A DNA stretch of 32,000 bases from Wallemia ichthyophaga EXF-994 (lineage: Eukaryota; Fungi; Basidiomycota), in contig NW_008806285.1 of assembly GCF_000400465.1 (NCBI RefSeq), positions 210,001 through 242,000 on the forward strand, given 5' to 3'. How positions within the stretch are numbered: position 1 is the stretch's first letter; each line of letters opens with the position of its first letter. Below the pieces are notes generated by a model. The model searched no databases, was not told the DNA's origin, and saw only the letters and a list, made by a program, of their open reading frames with translations. Below are positions 22,436 through 32,000 of the stretch, piece by piece. Made by a program: the position numbers and the translations under genes.

Positions 22436-25400
22436 TTACCCAGCATCTTTTGCAAACTCATCGCTGTGTTCCTCATTTTCATCATCGTTGAACCTAACCT
22501 CTTTTCTGTCTTGATCGTTGCTTAAAGGTGACGTACTGCTACGATCGCTAATATCCAACGAACCTTCATTTGTATGCACCTCGTTTTCATTTGCGCTCTC
22601 CTCTATCGTCTTTGTTAAAGGTGCCAGGAATCCATTATTCTGCAGTGATGCCAACATATCTGCTGCCATAGCTGCTTCATTACCTGGACCTGATAAATCT
22701 GATTGACTTTGCGAGGCATGAGGTACAGAGCTCCTTCTGTTTCCCTTCCTGGCTCGCCTTCTAGGCGCTGTGTCTCCTTGCTTGAGCTTGTCGAGCAATG
22801 TATCCATTATTGACTCGCCCTCTGGGTCCGTGTAAGCTGCTTGTATTGCTGCTCTTTCTTTAACTCTAGCTTCTTTAGCTTGACGTCGCTTTTCAATGCT
22901 CGCCTTCTCCTCTGCGTACGTCTGGTTCTCATTTTTACATTTCTAATCGTAACATTAGTCAAAACCCACAAAACACTTTAGTAAATACCTTGTAAGAAGC
23001 CAGAAATTGCTTAAACACACCAAAGAACTCCGAAGTCGATGGTAACTTGTCAAGTTCACCATAGAAGCGAGCAGTGTTCTGATACGAAGCATCGGCCAAA
23101 GCTAATCTGTCAACCATGCCATCTAGCTTCCCTTTAGCAACTGCAGAAAATTTCCACATCTTTTCAGGGTACCCATCTCGAGGGGTAATAGATTCCGGAT
23201 CATTGAAGTGATTCTCCAATTCCAACAACAAGTGTTTCAGCCCTTCTCTAAGATCTCCTAGACCTTTCCTCACATCCGTCAAATTTACTACTAACGTCAG
23301 CTTGCGGGTTGCAAGTATATATCTCACTAACCTCTGTAAGCTTCAGCCGGCTTTGACAACTCATCAATGAAGAGCTCCATGTCAGTGAACTGCTTTGCTA
23401 CGGTTCTCTCGAGGAAGTGAACCAAAGTAGTTCCATTTGTCGACTTGGTATCAACCATCTACTTCGCGTTAACATATTCCACAAACAAATGCACTCGTAC
23501 CTTATTTAAACTGGTGATCTTAAAACCGAAAGCTCCACCTTTAACACCTTGAGCATTCATGTAATTACCAATCAGTAACACCAGCTGCAGATAATTAGAT
23601 TATATGAAATCCCCTATTCTTACTCACCTTCAACATTTCTATAAACCTTGGAGCAGACATTAGACTTTCAGATGCCTCATGAACTACATCAACGCTCTGC
23701 CGATGTTAGAAGAATTATGTGCTTTTGTAATGACTCACTTCACTTAGAATATTGTACACCTCTTCGAAAACAGACTTATAAAGCATACCCTCGATTCTAG
23801 GTCCCATTCTTTCTATCTTGATCAACTGAACCATTAGTCTGTCTGCAGGGTGCAAAGTAACAAGAACCTCAGGGCCTGCATCCTTGTAAGGTGCCAATTT
23901 ACCTGCCTGTTCAGGAGTCGGCAGAACCGGTTTCAACTCGCTCAAGAATGTCTGCGTACAGAAGTCCTCGTCAAATGAAAGGATTTTTGAGGCGATCTGT
24001 TCGGGGGAGTATTGCTTTACCCGCTGCATCACAATTTCGATTCTCTTCTGCGATGAAACGTCTAGAACACTTATCAAGTCCTTGTCCTTTTTCTTGTTCA
24101 TCAAATTGAGGACTATCTGCTTACTCTTAAAATCTTCTTCGAGTTCAATCCACACACCATCACGCTTTAATTGGTTAAACCATTCTGTTTCAGGAGCCTC
24201 GTTCGTAAGACCCCAGACAGTCTTACCGAGATGATTTTGATTTATTTTATCCCACTGTAGCTGCTTCATCTTCTGACTCGCGGCGTCAGGCAGCTCTTTA
24301 CGAGCATGAGCACTATACATAGTAGAAGTAGGTCGTGAAGAGGGAGGGATTGGCGGAGGAGGCGGAAGACCGGTGTTAGTAGCTGGTATTGCTTGACGTA
24401 GACCACCAGACTTGAGTATGTTCGCAAGTGAGGCGTTTGGTGTTGTAGTACCTGGTGGTGGCGGAGGTGGTGGCGGAGGAGGTGGAGCTCCCTGAGATGA
24501 CGCTTGAGAAGTTGGAGGTGGGGGAGGCGGTAAAGGTATAGGGCCACCAGCTCCCATGGCAATTACTGGATTTCCGACCGGTGGAGGAGGAGGAGGCACA
24601 GGTATAAGACCACCTGTTGTCATAGCACTTGCAGGATTTCCGACTGGAGGGGGAGGAGGCGGCACAGGTATAAGGCCACCTGTTGTCATAGCACTTGCAG
24701 GATTTCCAACCGGAGGTGGCGGTGGGGCTGGAGGAGCTGGAGGAGCTGTAGGGGGTGTAGATTCTGCTGCTGGCATTGAAGATAAAAGATCTTTATCATT
24801 TGTGGCGGACGTCTGATCCGTAACATCCGGTCTACCAACCCCTTGGTGTTTTTTGAGGTTCTTAGTTTGCTTTTGTAGCATGGCTTCAAATGCATTGTTG
24901 CGGGTTTCTGATGAGTTTTCATTAATGGAGGCCATGGATGTCACTTGGGTATCGTCACTTTGGGTAGTAAACCCGCTAGCATGAGTCATAGTTGCATCAG
25001 ACTGCTCCTCGTCAGTCTGCGATTCTTCAGTAACTGCTGGCATCTCTGAATCCGTCTTTGATCTGTCGTCTTCATCTTTATCGTCTTCGTCTAAGGGTAA
25101 ACCTGAAGGCGTCCTGCGGCCTCTGCTGCGAATCTCTTCTAGGTAGGCCGGTTCTATACCAAGTTTCTTATGACTTTTACGTTTACTGGACTTTTCTTGT
25201 GGACTTGGTGCTGTCTTGGAAATTGACATCGAACTATTATCTACATCAATCTCCCGAGAACTACTCACGTATGGACCGTTACTAGGTTGGACACTCATAA
25301 TCGCACTGTCACTCGAAATCCTCTTACTGCTTCTTTGAGGTTTACCTGAAGGCATAGGTCTAGCCAATGCTTTTCGCTGTTGTACGTTGTAATCCACATC

Positions 25401-28155
25401 CTTTGGCATGTTCTGATATCGTAGAACCCTTGGGCTGGGTTGCTTGGGGCTTTCACGCTCTGATCTCATAGGTGTCAGCTTACCTTTACTGACAAGATTA
25501 ACGTGATGCTCCTGTACTTCTTCATCTTCTGCGTCCATGAATTGTGATGCACGACCCTCATCCTTTGTGGCTGTGATGCCTGAACTTTCCGAATCCCTGT
25601 TCTGTGGTGGAGCTTTGACTACACCCAGACTGCGTCCAAGTTTAGCACCTCTTGAAAAAGGCTGATCACCCTTGCTAGGTACCTCTATTTTTGGCTTTTT
25701 GCTTGGACTTTCTGCCATTTGTTCAGCTTCTTGCTCGGCTCCTTGCTCATCGACATTATTCAATGCGTTCAATGCGTCTGTACCCTCTAGCTTCTTAACA
25801 GTCTTGTGCCGAGCAAGTCGTCTTTCAAGGGCAGTGACGAACTCGCGTTGCTGAGACTTTTTCCCATCAATACCAACTTCATTTTCAACTGATATGAGAT
25901 CATGGAACCCTTTCGTCTGCTTAAGCAGATTAAACAATTCGCGTATGAGTGCCTCCAGTTCAGTAATCTTCTCGCGGAGTCTATCTTCAAGTTCTTCAGA
26001 GTGCTCTTGGACTTTATGCATCGCCTCCCGCGAGATACTCAGTGATTCCTCCGTCTCGTTCAGTTTCCTTTGAAGCGTGTTGACTAATACCGTATCTGAA
26101 GATGACGACGCAGGCAAGTCAGTCGCATTATAAAGCGCTACCTCCTGCTCAAGTGCATCCTTTTGTCTCCTGGTTTTAATGTGTTGCGCGTGTTCATTTT
26201 CCAGCTGATTCTCTAGCTTCTGCATTCTGTCCTGATCGGTAAAGCGAGACACAACATTTCCAACAGATACGTTAGCTAGCGATGAGAAGTCTGTCGCAAC
26301 ACCACCCTTCCCGTCCATCACAATTGACGATATGAGGCTATCCACTAATTGAAGATACCTATTCTTTGTCTCAGGATCACTTGGAAGCAGTAGCAAGTGT
26401 TGTAATACGGCATGAAATAAGTCTCGACCTCTGGAACCTTCAACAGATGATATTAAAGCCCGAAAAATGTCTTCAGTCGTTGTAAGACTACCAAAGAATT
26501 GTGATTTCTGAGATTGCATTAATAACTCGTGATCCTCTTCAGCCAATTCTTCGTACTCGAGGATGATGTCCTCAACACGGGGATGCTGAAGGCTCCTCAA
26601 TTTGTCTGTGACTCTTTTCAAACCAGATAATTCCAACTGAGATCTAAGAAAATGACGTACGTCTGGATCTTCCGGCAAGCATACGAGTTGATTGACAAGA
26701 AGCAGATTCACCACCTTGATATAATGAGTTGATTTTCACAAACTGACATTTACTCACGGCATAATCAACCAACATGCTATCAGCAGATATAGCGTTCTTC
26801 AATTCATCGCTTGCACCCACGAGCGAGCCCATTCGACCCCTACCGTCAATGGTAGCTTCGAAAGATTTGAGCCATGGATCGAATCTCGAATTCTCCTCGT
26901 AATGTGTTTGCAGTGCGTCGAATGATCTGAGAACAATCGAGTGGCCTCGTGGTTTATCCCAAGAGATCAAGAAGAGTAGAATTTCAACAGCCTGTCTTCG
27001 AGTTTGAAGTTGTGGGCTCATTATAGACGCCGCTAAGGATGTCACAATAATTGGTTGCGAGGATACATCGCTAGCACCAGACTAGAGCCCATCAGAATAC
27101 TGAAGACAAAATAGGGAACACCTACAGGATAGTTTACCACGTGCCGCATGCACTTGACGATTTCTGCTTCAAGTATTGCGTCGCCCTCTCTCTTAACCGT
27201 GCGATGATTGATGGTGTGTAACACATTGGCCAAAACGGAAGGACCGCGAAGCTCAATAAATTCCTTCAGCCACCTAAACATAGATGAGTAATATAACAAC
27301 AAATTGTCATTCCACTCACTCGAGAGGCATTGTACGCAAGCTGACGGATAGATGAGAAACGTCAGTGTGTAAAACGTTACCACTGAGGAATTTGCGAATG
27401 TAAGCTTGAGGGGGGTCATCAGCATGCCCAACAAAAGCACGTGGGGAGGAAGTAGAGGATTTTTCGCTTCTGCCGTGTCTCTTGACAGCTTGCTTCTGCT
27501 TCAAGGCGCTACTCTGAAGCAAAGCACGCTTATTATCTTGAGGCAAAGCTCTGAGTCTCTTAGCTTCAGAGTCACCCGGAGCTATGGATTGAACAAAGAT
27601 ATCGAAATGATCCTCAATCTCAGCCTCTGAGAGTAAGTCAACATTCTTTATAGAGATACCACCTGTGCCAAGTTTGCTCATGGAGGAGGAGCTTTGGGAT
27701 CTTACAGAATTGAATGAAGGGGATGATTCAATACTTGCTAAGTTAAAGTCGTTTATTGACCTCGAAGGACCAGCCTCGTAAAAAGCATCGCCGCTGCCCA
27801 AGAAAGAGGAGAATTGCGATGAGCGACCTGAAAAGAGAGAATTTCCATCAGATTGCATCCTAGAATTGCGTTTGGTGGGGAGAGTGGAGATCATTGATGA
27901 CGAGGTGGGTAATCTACCTGCGTCGATCGAGGACGAGCTGTGATATGAATCAAGGGTGGGGCTACGATAAGGGTAATCCTTATTAGCGTCATATTCAATA
28001 TTTGAATTTAAATTGGAATTGAGATTTGGATTGGTATTTGGTGCAGAGATGGAACCGCCAGAGATAGCTGACTTGTCAACGTCGTTCCACTCATAATCTG
28101 CTTGGATCTTTGAGCGTGATTTCTTCTTTGAAGACAGTGAAAATATTGAGTCCAT
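22436..28155 (-). CDS. Diaphanous-related formin (SepA/Bni1-like): GBD/FH3, FH1, FH2, DAD; multiple introns
   Basis: LSVSLRTMPL-WLKEFIELRG (GBD), polyproline FH1, KMKQLQWDKI FH2 start, LLVLLIGNYMN..G..GGAFGFKI..LNK-type block at ~23500-23590, and DAD-like MDTLLDKLKQG. The start is taken as the first ATG (28155). Confidence 0.93.
24530..24730 (-). repeat. Three 66-bp (22-aa) tandem units inside formin FH1
   Basis: GGATTTCC recurs at 24568, 24634 and 24700; protein PPPPPPVGNPASAMTTGGLIPV twice plus a diverged third copy. Confidence 0.9.
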
Positions 28156-28370
28156 TTGGACTGCTTTTTCACTCAGTGGTGGTGATAGTACTGGTCCGAC
28201 CAAGACAAATTCAAATCAAAGCCAATATCAGCGTCATATTGCAGCAAAATTAAATTGAAATTCTTCTTCTTTTATTACAATTCTATGTCTTACGATTCAA
28301 AGCGTCTACTTTGGCTCTGACCTGATACCGCAATTGGGCTGGTATACACGGACGCGCCCTATACGCCACT

Positions 28371-29733
28371 TCATTCATCATCTGAGTCGTAGAATTCATC
28401 TGACATATCTTCATCGAGTGCGGCAAGGTGTGCCAAGTCGACCTATTTCGTATTAGCACACTTCGTTATCATCTAATCCAGCATTCACCTTATAACGGAG
28501 TAGACCACCTACACCACCAAATCCGCGAACAAATTGAGCACCTTCTTGCGATTTGTCAGTTACAAATTCCAAGTTTGCACCAAATTCCTTGTAATTCTCT
28601 GCAAACCATTCTAACAAAGATTGTGGTTCACCGATTGGCTCCATTTCAGAACCAGTTGAAGGATCAGTGAACTTTGAACGATCGTCTTCCTGTCCTTTGT
28701 TTACGTGAAGTACAACTTCTTCGCCTGCAGCATTGCGAAGCTTGTGACGAGTGACTTCAAGATTCTCAAACACAATCAAGTCCTTGACAGCACCAAGATC
28801 TAATGCACGTAACGTATCCTCAATACCAAAGCAGAATTTACCAGTGTCTAAGGAAATTTCATCAAAGTACTTTGAGATAAGCTTCTTCTCTTGTACGAAT
28901 TTAACATTCTGCAATGACTCGGAAGATAAATCGATTGCTTGGTTGAAACCATTCTCACCACCGTAAGAAACATCCACAATTTTAACAATCTTTGTCGCCA
29001 ATCTTGGGTCAAAGAGATCCGATTGACTCAATTCAGTCTTAAAGTCTGCACTACCAGCGAGGACCAAACCAGCAACATTGATCTTGTCATTAGTAATAAA
29101 GTGCTGAGTGGCGAACTCAGCAACCTTTCTAACGTAGTTGTGGCGCTTTTCATCACGGAGACGGGAGAAACGCATGGCAGATTGACCACCACGTCCGTGC
29201 TTCTTTGGTAGATCAACGGTAAACTTCTGAATAACCTCTCTAGTGTTTCCGGCGAGTGTACCAAACAAGGAGCCACTACCATCCATAACGATGAAACCAA
29301 ACTTTGTGTCAGATTCGAGCAACTCCTGTAGGGCTTCTGTGTGGAACTTGTTATCGCAAAGGTAAAGGGAGGTGTTTATAGGGCGGTGAGGTTCGAAGTC
29401 AATAGAGACCTTCTTCTCTTTACCGTCATCGGTGACGATTGTGCCTACGAAGAGAACTAAACCATTGTTGGGCATGCGAGTATAGAGCTTGAGACGCTGC
29501 TGAGTGGAAGTGATGGCAGCTAGAACAGAGAGTCTATTAACACGTGATTTAATGTTTGAAGCAGTACCGTATTCCTGCGTAAGCATACCACTGAGTTGAG
29601 ATATTTGTGCTCTACCGTTTGAGATCAAACTGATCATCGAGGTACCGTTACCTCTGACAGAGTCCAACCAGCGAATAACCCTCTTCATCTTCCATATCTG
29701 CACATTTTGTGCTGCAATATCGTCTGAACTCAT
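28371..29733 (-). CDS. SUP45: Eukaryotic peptide chain release factor 1; intron 28443-28488, stop TGA
   Basis: GTS, TASNIKS, YLCDNKF and GRGGQS motifs. The last exon [23 protein letters not shown] follows a GTGAAT..CTAAT..TAG intron. Confidence 0.98.
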
Positions 29734-30262
29734 ATCGTGATGGTGGTGGTGGAAGAATTTATATAACCAATTAAAATTTGAAATATCCTGAGTATAAAAT
29801 CAGTGCCTTTTACTTGGTGTTGTTTACAGTGCCTGCGTATGCTTGATCTTCCTCAGAGACTGCTATCTTCGACTATGCTTGACATCCATCTGCACACCCC
29901 AACCCACGCCAAATATGCTCCAACTAATATCCTAAAATACCTCTCGTCTGCCGCCTTATTGCTCGATTGGCAGCTGAATTGATGGATGCCACGCGGTGAA
30001 AGTAAAATTTGCAGGTACAAACGTCTCAAATGATCGTTGCGTGTTCAAGGCTAGAATTAAAGGCTACGATTATATTTACGTCTGTTCTGATATTTCGCCG
30101 CGTTGCGTGACATCTTTGATCGTGCACAGGGAATGCTTTGGGCACATAAAGGATATACCTTACATATATATTGCACTAGAAGAGCTACTACAGAGTGTAT
30201 CGCTGCTTTTCACATCGTTTTCGCGTCAGAAAGGCTGATAATACTTCTTCAACTGCCCTTCC

Positions 30263-32000
30263 ATGAGCCAGAATAATATAAAGGTAGTTGCGCGGTTTAG
30301 ACCTGTAAATAAGGTCGAGCAACAACAATATCCACCAGATGGAAAACCCATCATCGACATCAACGATACCAACACTCAAGTAAATCTCTACAACGAATCA
30401 AACAACTATTCTTTCGATAGAGTGTTCGATAGACAGTCCAAGCAGGAAGACGTTTTCGAATACGGCGTTAGGGGTATCGTTGACGATGTCATTTCTGGCT
30501 ACAATGGTACTGTCTTCGCCTACGGTCAGACCGGCTCTGGTAAAACGTACACTATGATGGGCTCTGATATCGACGACAACAACTCAAAGGGTATCATACC
30601 TCGCATCACCGAACAGATCTTTGAATCCATTCTTACCTCTCCTCCAAACATGGAGTACCTTGTCAAGGTCAGTTACATGGAAATCTACATGGAAAGAATC
30701 AGAGACCTCTTGTCCCCAAATAATGATAATCTTCAAGTTCACGAGGATAAAGTAAGAGGCGTTTACGTCAAGAACCTTTCAGACTACTACGTTGGTGATG
30801 CAAATGAAGTCTACGAGATTATGAGACAAGGCAGTCAAGCAAGAGCTGTCTCTTCAACAAACATGAACGCTGAATCTTCTCGCTCTCACTCAATCTTTCT
30901 TATCTCTATCGTACAGAAAAACATCGAGACTGGCTCCCAAAAAACTGGTAACCTCTATCTCGTCGATTTGGCTGGTTCAGAAAAAATTGGTAAAACTGGT
31001 GCAACCGGACAAACCTTAGAAGAAGCAAAGAAGATCAACAAAAGTTTATCAGCACTTGGTATGGTTATCAATGCCTTGACTGATGGAAAATCAACCCATA
31101 TACCCTATCGTGACTCCAAACTGACAAGAATCTTGCAAGAATCTCTCGGAGGTAACTCCAGAACTACCTTGATAGTTAAGTACGTTGATTTTCGGCTTTG
31201 GGATTTCGATCTAACTCAAATACAGCTGTTCGCCTTCCGAATATAACGCTGACGAGACTATGTCGACCTTGAGATTTGGTATCAGAGCAAAGTCGATCAA
31301 GAATTCTGCTCGTGTCAACACTGAATTATCTCCTGCTGAACTTAAGAACCTTCTCAAGAAATCGCAAAGAGATCGCACTCTTTATGAAAACTTTGTCACT
31401 GCACTTGAAGCTGAGTTGAAACAATGGAGGGCAGGAAAGACAGTCCCAAAGGAAGATTGGACAACTAAAGACTCAACACCAAAGGAGAATATACCTTTAA
31501 ATACCACAATACCATCTACACCTACCAAACCAATCAATCAAAACCTAGAAGTTGCTCGTGATGAAGCACGCCCAGCTACCCCGGTGCCGCTCAACTTGGA
31601 TAAAGATGAGAGGGAAGACTTCTTGAAACACGAGAACGAATTGAGTGACCAGTTGGCAGACAAGGAAAAAGCGATGACTTCACTCGAAAAGGTTCTCAAA
31701 GAGCTGCGCGACGAGCTTGATTTCTATAAAACCTCTCATCAAACACTCAACGAGGAGAACTCTGACTTCCAAACGCAATTATCAGATCTCCGCCTACAAT
31801 TTGAAAGATTAGAGTTTGATAACAAGGACAACATCATCAATATGGATGTTCTACGCGACAGAAATACAGAATTGACAGCTTCAGTGAATGACTTGAACAG
31901 ATCTCTTGAAGAAGCCAAGAATGCTCAGAAAGACTCCCTTGCGGAAGACTTTGAAAAGAAGAAGGCTGAAAAGATGGCACAGATGATGGCTAAGTTTGAT
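30263..32000 (+). CDS. Kinesin-1 (conventional kinesin heavy chain), 3' end outside window; intron at ~31180-31226
   Basis: IKVVARFRP, P-loop GQTGSGKT, SSRSH, DLAGSEK, INKSLSALG, HIPYRDSKLTRILQESLGGNSRT, then spliced CSPSEYNADETMSTLRFG and coiled coil. Confidence 0.97.

Noticed and set aside
29804-29812. GCCTTTTAC, the U5 snRNA loop 1 sequence
   Set aside because: The flanking bases cannot form the closing stem and no Sm site follows.
1-32000. Stop-codon reassignment suggested by the odd eRF1
   Set aside because: Conserved genes here end in TAA, TAG and TGA, and apparent in-frame stops are explained by canonical GT-AG introns.

Overview
Eukaryotic fungal DNA: a very compact, intron-containing basidiomycete-type genome with introns mostly ~45-55 nt and many same-strand intergenic gaps under 100 nt. 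Wallemia is my best guess, but that is inference only. The window holds 13 protein genes: TrpRS (3' part), a patatin-type lipase, NHP2, GET4, VAC14, COA3 (spliced; only its last exon appears in the ORF track), a RED-like protein, Cu-ATPase CCC2, NDUFAF5, alpha-tubulin, a formin, eRF1 and kinesin-1 (5' part). The outstanding non-genic feature is a 6.0-kb gene-free block between the convergent GET4 and VAC14 genes. It consists of two 1,885-bp inverted arms (6318-8202 and 10433-12317; one mismatch seen by eye) around a unique 2,230-bp AT-rich core that carries a decayed 24-bp periodic array. This resembles inverted-repeat regional centromeres and/or an invertible flip-flop segment; neither function can be shown from sequence alone. 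Other oddities: the COA3 and VAC14 start codons overlap head-to-head by 9 bp (ATGGTCCAT), and eRF1 has its normally conserved IPPK loop replaced by SNGR.
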